Origin: Amphiscolops sp. MND2022
Taxonomy: Eukaryota
Direction: 5' to 3'
DNA length: 64,000 bases
Assembly: GCA_964187785.1 (NCBI GenBank)
Contig: OZ076409.1
Coordinates: 56,918,001-56,982,000 of the forward strand
The position numbers and the translations under genes are program-made. The notes beneath the pieces are model-generated. The model ran no database searches and was not told where the DNA came from. It worked only from the letters and a program-made list of their open reading frames with translations. Positions 45,381 through 59,516 of this stretch are shown here, piece by piece. How positions within the stretch are numbered: position 1 is the stretch's first letter; each line of letters opens with the position of its first letter.

Positions 45381-47859
45381 ATGTGTGAGTATAACTATTA
45401 CTGCTTATATCTAAACACTCACTAATATGGTAGGTATAAAATTTCCCACATTGTTTTTCTAATGTTCATCTCGATTTTATCGCTTCTCAAAACGCAGAAC
45501 TGACCCAGCAAACAGTGCAGAAAATTGGATTTTCCAGTTAAAAAACATGTAGGAACATACATAATTCTTACGTTTAATTAGTTTTGCGAAATTGTAGTTC
45601 AAATGCTTCTAAATTAATAATTCAACTTGGTTAGTTACTGTACCAATGAACTACAACGAAAGTTGTGTAGTTCTTCATCACAACAACTGATTATCGAATA
45701 ACAATTTCAAACAAAAGACATAATTCCGGTTTGTGATTTCAACTTGAATAAAAACAGAAAATAACTATTCCACAGAGAATTCCAAAGAATTTCAAATACA
45801 TTCACACAATAATATCATTTAGGTTATCACCAGTCGGATTCCTAAGAAGAATGCTGCCGCAAGAACTCTCATAATGACCTGCCTGAAACTTGAATGAAAT
45901 TTGGAGTTGTGACGTCACTGTCTAATTCAAAATTGAATGTTGTCTGAGTCAATCAAAGAAGTAGAACTGACTTCGAAAAGATAAACAAAATTGTACACCA
46001 AAAAATTTCTGAAAATGATTATATTTGAAAAAAATCTGTTGTTACCATGGTTTCGATGGATGGTACACAGTTCATAATACAGGCTGTTATTCATCACAGT
46101 TTTGGTATAAAAACATTCTGTGTACCAACTATACTTGTCCCTAAATCCAGACAAAACATTAATAAGAACGCAAAACTCGGCAGATGCTTTTGAGTATACT
46201 TATAAGTGCTTATACATATACAAGAATAAGTATACATATAATTTATAGTGCGTGTCACAAACTTTGATCACAAAGGGTTTAGTTTTACTCCTTTTTTCAT
46301 GATCACAAATCTAGGTATTTTCAAATTTTATCCGAAATCAACTGTCTATAGATAAACTATAGTTTATCTAATACAGTATGGTATGCTTTTCATAACACCA
46401 AGCGCGGTTAAATGAAGGATTTGATGTAATTGTGAACTTTATTGCGAAATGTAACGCATGCGCAAAAACTATTCCGGTACTAAATTCTCAAAGAATACTT
46501 GAGCTTTCTTATACGTTGTCTGAGAAACAGCTTGAAAAATATTCCAACCTTCCGCTAAAAAAACACTAAATATATTATTATAAAACATAATGAGTTTCCA
46601 ATGTGTGTTCAATAATTAAACTATCATTGAGAAAACACCCCTGGTCATCAACATCAAAACCGACTCTATTTTTTCATATCTTATAGCAGTGTAAATTTTA
46701 TCATAGTCAGAAAAATGCAACAAAAAATTTCATTTCCCGCATTTTTTCATCCTTAACCAATATTGCTAGATGAGACGCAAGGCGTAGTTGCTCTTTGATC
46801 TGAGAATTGAATATAACCCACAGTGTACATCAAATGAATCACACGGCTAAACTGAAGACTAATGCTTGAAAGCGCCGAAATTCTACCATTCAAGTACCCG
46901 AAATTTTGGTAATTGAAATTGTGCCATGAAACAGATCTTTTCAGTCCATATACCATGGATGGCTACAATTTTCTAAATCAATGCTTAGCAATAAACTCAG
47001 CTAATATATCTTTCGCACTCTCACGTGCTGTCATTTCCACTTGAGAAACAAATTTTCTAAATTGTCTAGACAAGTTCAAAACTCTGGTTCTTGGAAATAT
47101 CTATAGGAAGCCGATATCTAAGCCAAGAAAATAACTCGCAATTGAATTCCTCAAACTTTTCGGACCAGATATTATCTTGGTTTTGTCGAGTATAATCCCG
47201 ATCGCTTCACGTATCAGAGGAACTAGTTTATCATGTGTCACAGAATTGATTGGCCATTTTTAGATGTAACAACTCATCTCTCTGCGAAATTGCATAATTT
47301 TCAGCATTCTAGCCGATTGACTCTTTATCTACAGAGCATTTTTCCGTATCTTTCTCTCAGTAACGCCAACCTTAAGCTTGTAGGCGGAGCTGCCATCATC
47401 TATCAAGAAAAGATTCCAAAAACTATCTTGAGTCCCAAGGACAGAAACTATAGAAGCTACTATATCAGCATAGGTTCAACTGAAGAACTTTTAGAGCCTA
47501 GTACCCAAGTATCAGCCTCAACATGCTGAAAAACATCCTACGAATATGTAAGTACAAGGAGGCCCACAACTAGTCTAATGTATCGACTGTTCTAAATGAA
47601 AAATGGACATTTGTGTTTAGGCATTAGAGTCAATTCTTGTACCAAAAAAACTTAGTTGAATAACAAACAGTTTAATGCGCCAATCAATCTACAACTGTCG
47701 CAAATTAGGGTATATCGAGAGGTTTTTTATAAGTTGTAAAAATAAGTGCGGTTTGCAATGACTTTCCAAATGGGTAGTATTAAAAGGGTTCCGAAAGTTT
47801 ACGCACACCTACTAATTTGTAAGTTTCTGGACTTTTAGCAATAAGAACTGTAACGTCCA

Positions 47860-48570
47860 GCAACTGATGACATTTCGATCAAAAATTCGAATGTGCGATA
47901 GCAAATGAGATCATTCAAAATGGCCGACCCGACAGGTACAGAAAATCGAAAAGGAATACGAAAAAACCAACAAAACACCCCCACCCCCAGCCCGAGAGAG
48001 AACACCCCGCCATAGAAGTATCCCTGAAATCGCCGTGCGGTGCCATTCCCCTCGAAAGACGTCCCAGCAGACAGCAGAACCCGAAGAACGGCCCAAGAGA
48101 TGAAGAAACTCAGAAGTTTGCATATTTTGCATGTGCCACCTCGCAAGTCCAAGACTCGCTGACACTGATGCCTGATGTTTCCTTAGTCTGTTGTACCGTA
48201 TTTGTGGTTTTTGCAGGTGTTTAGTGATGTTTGATCCCTATTTGACTTATTTTAGATGTTATTCCGATAATTCAGTGTACTTTAGCTAAACACCCGTTTT
48301 TGGACCTCGGAGGTCTGTAGGAAGTCGCAGGAACGTTAGGAACTTTAGGATTCGTTTTTACAGGCTTGTGGGACGTGTCCGGACTTTGAGAGTGCCGGCG
48401 CGTAGCCTCGGAGCTCTAACTGAGGAACCTCCTTTGACGTATGAAAAGTCCCCTTAGGGGACTATTTTGCGATCAAAAACTAGTGTCTAGGGTTTTAGTA
48501 AAACAACGGTCTCCTGTTTAAGCAACCTAGGCATTGTCCCACTTCTAGCATGTACGCTACTAGCTCAACG
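47860..48570. repeat. Dispersed repeat family C
   Basis: Colinear with about 55150-55870 (CAAAATGGCCGACC, TTTTGGACCTCGG, CTTGTGGGACGTGTCCGGACTTTGAG, GGTCTCCTGT...GCAACCTA). Confidence 0.75.
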
Positions 48571-51267
48571 TTACAAACAAATTTTGAAGAAATGCACTTT
48601 TTGGTGTTTGTTTGTCGAGCTTTTCTTTGTCCAGGTAACTTCCCCTCACTTCAAATACCGTATTTTATTCGATTTGTGTTCTTGACGGTTTTTGTCGTTT
48701 TATTTTCCTAAGTTTGATCATATCTCGAAAAATTTCTGATATTTTTTATCAAAATGGACGCTAAACAGAGCAATACAGATATCTTCAACCAATGCCGGTA
48801 CAATGGGGAAGCATCCAAAAACCAAGTGATATTAGAAAACCAAATACTAGAAAACCAAGAGTATTCGGAATTTTGACATTTTAGATCATCAATTTTTTAG
48901 TTTCCACAACTTATCCTCAACAACTTAGGTTTGAAATATCTCAGTCATTTTTGTCACAAAAGGGCCTGTAAGTTGGTTTTTACAGGGTTGCTAAATCAAG
49001 CCGATAAAGTTTGGAAAATTTTGTACTAGCATTTGTAAGAAATATTGCCAAATTCTGAATTAACGTAGTAGAACGGTAGCCATTTGGAACTAGTGATACG
49101 TTGTGGGTTTTCCATTGAGGATTAATTTGGCTACATTGAGAGCATTGCCAATTCCAAATATGAATTTCAGAAAAATCTATGATCATAAAATGGTCTTTTT
49201 GATATGACTGATTTGTTCGAAATGTTTGGGCGAATGAATTTTAAACATGACTTTTCGTGTTTATAAGTTCGATCGAAAAGTTGCTGTTTGTAAACTTTTG
49301 GGTTACTGAAAGTACAAGCTCTTCGAAAATGTAGGCACAGAATCAATTTTGATGTCAATTGGCGGGTAAGGGTTGTTTTTCGGACTTTAGATATATTTTC
49401 GGCATATGTCGGAAAAGGCGTGCTGTTTTCATGAATTTTGTCTCCTTTTAATTCCTCTAGAGCAAAAATTTTAATATATCAACAGCGTGTTGGATATTCT
49501 TATCAAAAACAAACGGTTTAGGTAGTAAGTTAACCTTCTATTTTTCATTATATCCTCATAAATATAAGGGGAAAGTCTTTTTGATGTGTAGTCACAAATT
49601 TTATCAAATTTCGAAGCAACGTACTGTCGAATTCTCCAATTATGCATTCTGTGATGTAACTACGAGTACTCGTAGCTGTCAACTTGACTCACTTTGCGTT
49701 GTCTTATCGTGGAGGTGTTAGAGCCGCAATTTCTGACAGGTGAATAAATCAACGTGATCAAAGCCCCATACCTGAGCTGGGGCTATTCAGATGCATTAAT
49801 TGAGTCAAAGTCGAAAATCTCCATTAAGTGAAGCTATCAAATCATACATATATGGACGAAAGTGCTAAGTAATCATAATTCCGATTGGGAATTAACCTTG
49901 AAAATTTTTCTTCCATTCATAGCTCTTCGCTACCAAGATCTAATTTGCTTTTTATTCACGTCAGTGTTCACGCGGGTATTCAAAAGTATATTTGATAAAA
50001 CAATAGATTCTGGAGCTCGGCATTATAACCTCTCGCAATCAAATTTTGACAGCTTCCTCGCTTCTCTATTCTGCATTCAGAATTCATTGGATGGTTTTCT
50101 TTTGGTTAAAAAGTGTCCCTTTTCTTATCAATTTTTCTCAAGTGACGGGAATGAGATTAGAATTTATGCCTCAGCTCATGGGTGTACGTAATCAAATAAT
50201 TAATGACTAAAGCAAAGATATCTTCTCTAAAATCAATTGCATACCTCCTTCTTATCGGGTTTGAAGTCTGTCAGTTCTCTGACGCCTACGTTACCCCCCT
50301 AATCCCAATTTTTCTTTCAAAATTTCTCTCCCTCTTCGGTGTGAATCAAAGAATTGGGCGCACTTTTATCTTTTGTTCCATTTTCGAGTCACTTTCTTTT
50401 TATCGCTAATAAAATTTGGAGCACGCACATAGGCATGTAGGATGCCGAATGATCCAAATTATGTAGATGAAAGCACGGAAAACGCAGGTGGTGTGAAATT
50501 TCGATGTCGCACGTCCTTCTTGTAATACCCTTTGGGTAAGGATGCATATGCGCAGAAGCACATCTCAAATATTCTCAATTTTAAGATCAAGAAATCAATT
50601 GGCAAGACCACCCATTTTTAGTTGACAAAACAAACATTTTAAATGCAAGTTGTTCACCATGTTCATTAAAAGATATATGATTCTGCAGCTGTTTGAGATG
50701 AGCTAGCTTCGACTAATATAATGAAAAACAAGCCGGAAACGGCCCAAGTCGGTGCCCTCTTCAAGTTTCAAAGAATCAAGTTTATCAAGTTTACAGCACC
50801 AAAAAATACCCGAAGGGGTACCCATAAGCTTTTCTCCAAAAGGAAACATCAAAACGATTTTTTTGAAAATTTAATTTTTTTCCCGAATAGTATTTTCTCA
50901 TTGGAAAAAAATCTCAGTGTCAAAAAAGGAGTTTCAAGCTCACCAAAGCTATCCGGAACCATTTATGAAAGCGATCGCTTCTTCAGTTTTAATTGCTGCC
51001 AAAATTTGTGTCGTGTGACTTCGATTACCCAAATGTAAGGGATTGAGCCTTGCCTCCACAAAAAATACGATCTGGTAATCTGTAACTGCCTCGAAGAAAA
51101 TAGCTTTGTTCAAAACGTTGCATTTGCAATCGTTCATCCTTAAAATCAAAAATGTAAAGTTTGCTGTAGCTCAAGTTTGGTCCACTCACTTTGTAATCAT
51201 TGCCTTACTGAAATTTCCCGTAAATAATAAACGATTGAAGCTTTCACGTCTTCCAGCGGTATCTTTG

Positions 51268-51510
51268 CCCAGCGATCGAAGACACGTTACGCTTGCCAAG
51301 ATCATGGTTAATCTTGCTAAATCATGGTTAACCATGGTACCCTTGTCAAGATCATGGCTAATCATGATACATGGAACGCTTGTCAAGATCATGGCAAGAT
51401 CATGGCAAGATCTTGACAAGATAACCATGGTTTGTCATGATTCTTACCAAGGATACCATGTCAAAAATTCGATTAAACCATTTTCAGTTATTGACCGTGT
51501 CCCTAGTTGG
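51268..51510. repeat. Quasi-palindromic CAAGATCATGG repeat cluster (MITE-like)
   Basis: Multiple CAAGATCATGG / CCATG / GATCTTG units in both orientations, bracketed by GACACG...CGTGTC; a related decayed cluster lies at about 31590-31755. Confidence 0.5.
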
Positions 51511-53684
51511 AAGGCCTGTCTGGGAGGACGGAATAAGATCTATGTTTGCAGTTTGGAACCAAGTCCGACATTTTTTGATGCGATTTTCGTTCTTCTTAGA
51601 CATTGTTCCAGTGGTTCTCTCAATAATTTCATGAGTACGCTTTTAGGCACTTGAAAGTTTTATGAAAGGTACAAGATTTTGGGACGAAAAGTAGACAGGA
51701 GGTACACTCTGCCAAGAGATACATAGGCCTGGTTGACCGGGTCAGTCGATTGACCCTCAGAGCACAACATGATCGTATTGGACCTCACACCACGAATTCT
51801 ACTACGGATCGTTCTATGAAATGATGCTGCCTAAAGTTTGGTAACATCCAAAAAAGTCATCACAGCTATTTGAATAAATTTGCCAGTCTCCAACAATCCA
51901 ATTGGGATGGCCTATGAGACCTCTTCGAAGATAACAACTCTCAATTTTATAAGCCTTTTATTTCGATTTTGATTGAGGCGCCTTCTGAATATTCTTCAAA
52001 CTGTATTTTTAAGTTCATTTTATTCAAGCTTCCATCGCATGTCACAGTAATTGCGCAGTTTTTCGGATCAAAAGACTTATTTTTATCGCGGAGATTCTTT
52101 GAAGTTAGCATTGAAAGAACATAGCGTCTATGCTTCTTCCAATAAAACTGAGCCTAGAAATTACTAGTTGGAGCCATAAATCATAAATTTGGGAACTCGT
52201 AATGCAAGTCTACTTTCTCAATGTACTGCTATTGAAAAAAGTAGTTGCATTTATGACACTTCAATGGAAAATGTAATATTTTGTTTGTTTGTTCGAATCC
52301 AATATATAAACCAAATAGGATTATAATTCACAAGAAGTAAGTCTTGGAGTCTCGATCACGTGATAATTATGCGTAAAAATGCAATTCGCAGTTATATTTG
52401 TTTCAAAGTGTCGACATGAAGGAACTAAAGAAATAGACGGTGGTACAATTTTAGCACTACTAGCTGCGAAATTTTACAAAAAAGCCGAAGCAGTTTTCAG
52501 ACAATGTAGAGCAGAATCGGAAACTTTAATTGGCCAGTACTTTACCAATCGATAAAAGTAGTGATCTACATTCCGTATAATTAATATTAGAAAACTCAAT
52601 AACATGGAAATTCCCGAAGAAATGTCCAATTTAGATGCTCTCAATTTACACATCAATGCTTCTAAAGAACATCAGTTATAACTAATATTTATAACTCATG
52701 CTCTATCATAACTAATCTTTATAATGACCAGTTAAGGATTAATCTCGAGCACCTAAAAAGGTAGGAAAAACTCGCCGAAAAATAAAATGTTGAATTATAG
52801 GATTGGCTACTCCTTTATATGCATATGCTATTTATCGTGCGAACGTTGGAGCGTTTTCTGTAGAAAGGTCTAAATCTATGTTTTGTAAGAAACGAACGGT
52901 ACAAAAATTAATCATTTTAGCAGGAGATAACAATTTCGCTCATTAGTTAAGTTCATCCAAAACTGTCGATTCCTCTCGTCTCTTATATTGACGCCACTTT
53001 GTCTTCTTTATCTCCATTACGCAAGAAGCAAAACCCACGAAGGTCCTGGGGCAGTAAGTTCACAGACTTGCGATCAATCAGGCACAAATTGCGCAAATTT
53101 ACTACCTACTTTTAAAAGTAAATTTTTCAAATGCTCTAGACTCCGCCTTTCTAAGATAGAACAAGATAATTGATAAGACGCAGTTAGTTGATGAGAAATC
53201 ACACAATTTTTATTACCTCAATCAAGTAGATTGCTCGTAGAATGGAAGTTACGTCGACATTCTGTACTCAAAAATATACAGAAAACTCAAAAAATCAGCT
53301 ATCTGTGAAACTTCATCAACATTGACTCTTTCAAAATAAGACGGGAAGTCAATTCAATTCAACACTTGAAAGCAACTTTTCCAGCTTTTTCTAACACACA
53401 ACGCAGTTTTGTGAAGGTTTGCACTCGATTTTGCCTAGATTTTGATTGGAGCGAGGATAAATGTGTAGTTGACATCAAGCGACTTTCTCAAGATCTCCGA
53501 AAAACTCAAGCATCAAAGTAAATGAAGCGAGTGAGAACAAAGACAACTGACGGAAAGCTATGACTATAGTGGCTCTTTTCTGAAGAAGAACGCCGACTAA
53601 AAATCAGTTTACCTCAAACCGATTCTAAATTCAGTCATTATCTCTGTCGCATACTACTCTCCTTGAAGACATTTCTCAGGATGC

Positions 53685-53900
53685 GAGGTCTTCTTTGTCC
53701 CGGCTCCCGTTCATCAAAAGTTGTCAGCGCAGAAGTTTTATTTCTCAAGTTTTGACCGCACGGTCTTGCTAATGTCTTGTCAAATTGTGTATATCAAATT
53801 GATTAACAACTTACAATACTTCGTGAAAGTTTAAACAACAAAGATTGAAGGCATTGATACTCAAATGAGAAAAACTGAATATAGTCCTCAAATTACATTT
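53685..53900 (-). repeat. Dispersed repeat family D
   Basis: AAAGTTGTCAGCG...TTTTGACC...ATCAAATTGA...AACTTACAATACTTC is shared with 55005-55145. Confidence 0.65.
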
Positions 53901-55004
53901 CAATGTAACCAAGCACTTCTTTGAGAAACTTCCCCACAGGTGAAATGGTCTCCATCCATTAATCTAGGAACTTTAGCCACGGACAATATGTGGTCGGTTT
54001 GGTTCTAAGAAGTCCGAGACACATGGTTGATGCTCCATTAAACAATCAGATGCTTCAAAATCTCAAAACTTCAAGCAGGCCTCCGCAGTTGCAAGATGGA
54101 CACACATTTCCTCTGCAAAGACCTCTTTTCGCCCATTGATACAAAGACTGAATGAAGAACCCCAACATTCATAAGACACGACTAAATCATGATGTTGTGA
54201 ATGTATTCATCTAAACTTTTAATCAATTTTCTATTGGCTTCGAAAATGGTGTATCTTCTTTAGTTTGGTCTCACCGAAGCACAGAATATACATCGAACTA
54301 AATTTCAGACATTCCACATTGCGTGAGTTAGTGAAAACAGCTGAAATGGCTGGCAATAGCATGCTTCGATATGGCTTACTTGGCAAACTAGGTATTTACT
54401 TAGTAAACGAAACGTATTAGGCAGAATTACCAAGTTAATGAGTGACGTCAATAACGAAATTGTTCGAATCATGCTAAGACAGAATTTGTTCCGCCAAGAG
54501 TGAACTTTACTAAGTTTTTTCTTTTGCGCGAAAATGAGAATCGTGTAAAATTGGGCCTACAAGCAAGTTGAGCCTTGAGAAACTTGGCTTCGCTATAAGA
54601 ACTGGTTTGTCGTTAGCTCTAGAGATTGAACTTGAACAAGTCCGGGACTTGTGTTTTGCGTTGCTACGCAGTTGGCTGAATCGTGAATAATTGTTTAGTG
54701 ATTATTGTTAAAGAACTGATTTGACTTTCTTTATAAGAAGTAATTCGAGTATTACTTCAGTTTTCTTAGTCAATTCAAGAGAGCCGAACAACTTGAGTAC
54801 TGGAGAGACTTTGGATAAGCGAGAACACGATAGAAAAACCGAACTTTCTCACCAAAAATCTTTTTTGTGATAGAGTTAGATTCTTGGGAAATTCTCTCGG
54901 CCCTCGAAATCTAAATTTTCTACAGCTCCAAACAAGCTGTACTTGTTCCCTTGTCTCTGTCACCATGTCTCATACTCCTCTCCCAGAATACATTTATTAG
55001 GAAT

Positions 55005-55145
55005 CGTGGTCTTCCTTGTCCTGGTTCCCGGTTACCAAAGTTGTCAGCGTTGAAGTTGTATTGCACGAATTTTGACCACCTGGTCTTGTCGATGGCCAGT
55101 CAGATTGTTCAGATCAAATTGAATACTAACTTACAATACTTCATT
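55005..55145 (-). repeat. Dispersed repeat family D, ending next to a family C copy
   Basis: Same motifs as 53685-53900; similarity stops at about 55145, where family C begins. Confidence 0.65.
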
Positions 55146-55149
55146 GTAA

Positions 55150-55870
55150 CATCCACCAGTCAGCACCAAATTTTCGATGAAAAATTCGATCAAGGACCAG
55201 AAAGTGTGCGAATCAAAATGGCCGACCTGGTAGGTCGTTGGAATCAAAAAGGAAGCAAAAAAAGAAAAGAAGAGACCCCCCACCCCGACCAAAAAAAGAA
55301 GAAAAGACACTGACACGATGTGGAAGAATAAGAAAAATGCTCGGATTAGTGTCATCTCCCCAGAAAAGTGCGTTTTTAATAAAAAAACGTTCTGAGATCC
55401 AGATATCCCACAGCGAAGAAGATGAAGAGAATCGCGAATTCAATAGAAACATGCCAGGAGTGCCAATCTTGATTAATTCTGATGTCATTAGTATTGATTT
55501 ACGGATTTATGATGATGTCAGATCTGCCAGATCCTTGTAATGGAGCATTTAGACGTTATTTTCTGAAATAGAATGCATTTCAGCTAGAACCCTGTTTTCG
55601 GACCTCGGGAGTGTGTAGGACCGCAGTAAGTCTTTAGGAACGTTTTTACATGCTTGTGGGACGTGTCCGGACTTTGAGTGTGCCGGCACGTCGCCACGGA
55701 GCTCTAATAAGAGGAGTCTCCACGGTGTTTTGGAAAAGTCCCTAGGAGACTTTTAGGGACGAAAAACTGGTATTTAGGCTTGTTATAGGACTGTGGTCTC
55801 CTGTCTAGGCAACCTAAGTATTGTCCCAGTTCTGGTATGTGCGTTACTTGCTTGACGTTACATCTAGAGT
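55150..55870. repeat. Dispersed repeat family C
   Basis: Colinear with 47860-48570; may extend to about 56100. Confidence 0.75.
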
Positions 55871-56221
55871 AGTTTTTATGGCGCCCCACAAGGGACATTT
55901 TTCCATCTTTTCGCCATAATTGGAGTTTTTCCTGCTTTCCGGCCCTGGTAGGTCTGGACCTAGGAAAACTTGTTGGAGAGTCCTAGATTGTTTTTATTGC
56001 CTTATTCTAGCCCTGTTGGCCTTGTACTAGTGTTTTTCCTGCATGTCCTGCGTATTTCCGAGGTCTGAAACCGAAAATCGACGATTTCAGACAGTGTACC
56101 CCTTGTATTTTGATAACACCTGTTGAAAATGTTAACCCGACCTATCCGGAACTGGTTTTAAAGGGTTTTGTAGCTCCGTTTCAGTAAATTAGCAATGTAT
56201 GGGGACCGGGAGGACGAGTGC

Positions 56222-59200
56222 TGAAGGCCCCAATTAGCTGACGACAGGGTGTGAGCACCTCCGACATCACACCTCCAGTACCCCTGTAGTTGCCGTATAT
56301 CCACGTTAATCGGGTTATATTGCTAATTCTTGCTAATAATCGGCCCAAAAAGCATATTCCCAGGCCTATTCCCACTAAAATTAACTGGGGAAAGTACCCT
56401 GTGGGTGTTTAGGCCAGTTGATTAAAAATTTGAGCGCGAAAACCTTGAAAACAACACCATATATAGCTCAAATACCGATTCTTGAGGTGTTGAAAAATGA
56501 AATCTAGTGTAGAAGGATACGGCCGGTGGGAATACAAAAAAAACGTTCCATCAGACCTGCTCGGTCAAGAACAGAAAAATTTGCTGGGCTAAATTGTTGA
56601 AACATTGAGAAAATTAGCAATTTTTATAGAGAAAACATCAATTTTGGCCTAAAAGACCAAAATTGGTGAGGGCGAAGCCTTGGGCACTTGTTCCCAAGCT
56701 TTAGGATCAGCCCAAAAACGTTGTTCCCAAGCTTGGTAGTACAAAACACTACTGCCAAGACGATTTTTAGCGATCCCCAATATAAATTGACACTTTAACT
56801 TCTGATTTTCTTTGATATACATAGACCTGAGTAGAGGACCCCATAGACCTGAGAGTAATAACATCAAAAGTAATAATTGAAATAACCCCACTCCCCTAAA
56901 TAAAGTTGTCACACCTTCCTACTGTACTGTTAGAACCATCCCGAACATCTGGGAACCGAGAAATAAAAAGTTCCTAGGGAAAATACGTATTTTTCACATT
57001 GTTCTCAGAGTGTAAAAGGTGTAACTTGAACTTTATTTTGAGAGACCTTATTCGGAACCTGCCAGGTTTCGCTTGCCTATTTTCTGTTAGCATAGAGTAT
57101 AACGTTGCAAACGCAGAAAACCACGAGTGATTCCAACCAGTGGTTGCCGAGAAATAGCCAAAAACGTGTTATTTCAGTGACAATATCGGTAGTGTTCCTG
57201 AGACAGGTCGAAATCTCTCCTAGCAGGAGTAGCCCAAAACGGATTGCACCATCGTGTAGACCGAAAAAAGTTACGTTAGTGGTGTAATTTTCGTAGCGCT
57301 ACCATTACTGGTGGTTGAGAAATTTTAGCCGCAGTTTTGCTCAAAAATTGTACGATACTGTCAAAAAAAATCGAATTTTAGTTGAGCATAGTGCAATACC
57401 TTCGGAGTATCCCAGCACTAAAATTCTAGCATTTTCGTACACATAGCACTAGATCCCGACGATTTGTGCATTTTGAGCAGCTTGCTACTGTCCAACTTGG
57501 AGAAATTGTCATTTTTGTGAATTTTGGCCCCAGGAAGTGACTAATAGGGTACATCATAGTTTCGTCAACTCGGATTGCGGAATATTGATCTGGGCACCCC
57601 GCTATTTTGTTTTTCTGTTACGTGAGCATAATTCACGCTCGCATACAAAATTTCAGGTAGCTAGGAAGCCTAGAAGGCGAGTTTGACAGACTTTTGTAAA
57701 TTTCACAACATAGTCGATTCTTCAAACAAGATTCTGAAGCGACCCAAAGTCACGTATAATCAATTTTGGCGCAATCGGCGGTGATTTTCCCACGATTTGG
57801 TCACAGTAATATACCGTGTTAATTTTTCAGGTCGCTAGTAGCTCTAGAAGTGATATTCATCTTCCTGTGGGTGAAGGCCCCAATTAGCTGACGACAGGGT
57901 GTGAGCACCTCCGACATCACACCTCCAGTACCCCTGTAGTTGCCGTATATCCACGTTAATCGGGTTATATTGCTAATTCTTGCTAATAATCGGCCCAAAA
58001 AGCATATTCCCAGGCCTATTCCCACTAAAATTAACTGGGGAAAGTACCCTGTGGGTGTTTAGGCCAGTTGATTAAAAATTTGAGCGCGAAAACCTTGAAA
58101 ACAACACCATATATAGCTCAAATACCGATTCTTGAGGTGTTGAAAAATGAAATCTAGTGTAGAAGGATACGGCCGGTGGGAATACAAAAAAAAACGTTCC
58201 ATCAGACCTGCTCGGTCAAGAACAGAAAAATTTGCTGGGCTAAATTGTTGAAACATTGAGAAAATTAGCAATTTTTATAGAGAAAACATCAATTTTGGCC
58301 TAAAAGACCAAAATTGGTGAGGGCGAAGCCTTGGGCACTTGTTCCCAAGCTTTAACATCAGCCCAAAAACGTTGTTCCCAAGCTTGGTAGTACAAAACAC
58401 TACTGCCAAGACGATTTTTAGCGATCCCCAATATAAATTGACACTTTAACTTCTGATTTTCTTTGATATACATAGACCTGAGTAGAGGACCCCATAGACC
58501 TGAGAGTAATAACATCAAAAGTAATAATTGAAATAACCCCACTCCCCTAAATAAAGTTGTCACACCTTCCTACTGTACTGTTAGAACCATCCCGAACATC
58601 TGGGAACCGAGAAATAAAAAGTTCCTAGGGAAAATACGTATTTTTCACATTGTTCTCAGAGTGTAAAAGGTGTAACTTGAACTTTATTTTGAGAGACCTT
58701 ATTCGGAACCTGCCAGGTTTCGCTTGCCTATTTTCTGTTAGCATAGAGTATAACGTTGCAAACGCAGAAAACCACGAGTGATTCCAACCAGTGGTTGCCG
58801 AGAAATAGCCAAAAACGTGTTATTTCAGTGACAATATCGGTAGTGTTCCTGAGACAGGTCGAAATCTCTCCTAGCAGGAGTAGCCCAAAACGGATTGCAC
58901 CATCGTGTAGACCGAAAAAAGTTACGTTAGTGGTGTAATTTTCGTAGCGCTACCATTACTGGTGGTTGAGAAATTTTAGCCGCAGTTTTGCTCAAAAATT
59001 GTACGATACTGTCAAAAAAAATCGAATTTTAGTTGAGCATAGTGCAATACCTTCGGAGTATCCCAGCACTAAAATTCTAGCATTTTCGTACACATAGCAC
59101 TAGATCCCGACGATTTGTGCATTTTGAGCAGCTTGCTACTGTCCAACTTGGAGAAATTGACATTTTTGTGAATTTTGGCCCCAGGAAGTGACTAATAGGG

Positions 59201-59516
59201 TACATCATAGTTTCGTCAACTCGGATTGCGGAATATTGATCTGGGCACCCCGCTATTTTGTTTTTCTGTTACGTGAGCATAATTCACGCTCGCATACAAA
59301 ATTTCAGGTAGCTAGGAAGCCTAGAAGGCGAGTTTGACAGACTTTTGTAAATTTCACAACATAGTCGATTCTTCAAACAAGATTCTGAAGCGACCCAAAG
59401 TCACGTATAATCAATTTTGGCGCAATCGGCGGTGATTTTCCCACGATTTGGTCACAGTAATATACCGTGTTAATTTTTCAGGTCGCTAGTAGCTCTAGAA
59501 GTGATATTCATCTTCC
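56222..59516. repeat. Tandem duplication of an about 1.65-kb unit (56222-57865, 57872-59516)
   Basis: Near-identical units separated by TGTGGG; it lies just upstream of the Gypsy gag and may be part of that element's LTR or leader. Confidence 0.95.

Noticed and set aside
46750..47530. Possibly coding-like stretch on the - strand
   Set aside because: In-frame stops and no motif I can recognise; a decayed gene or exon cannot be excluded without a homology search.
51106..51654. 182-aa ORF
   Set aside because: It spans the CAAGATCATGG repeat cluster, has no ATG at the called start and shows no domain similarity.
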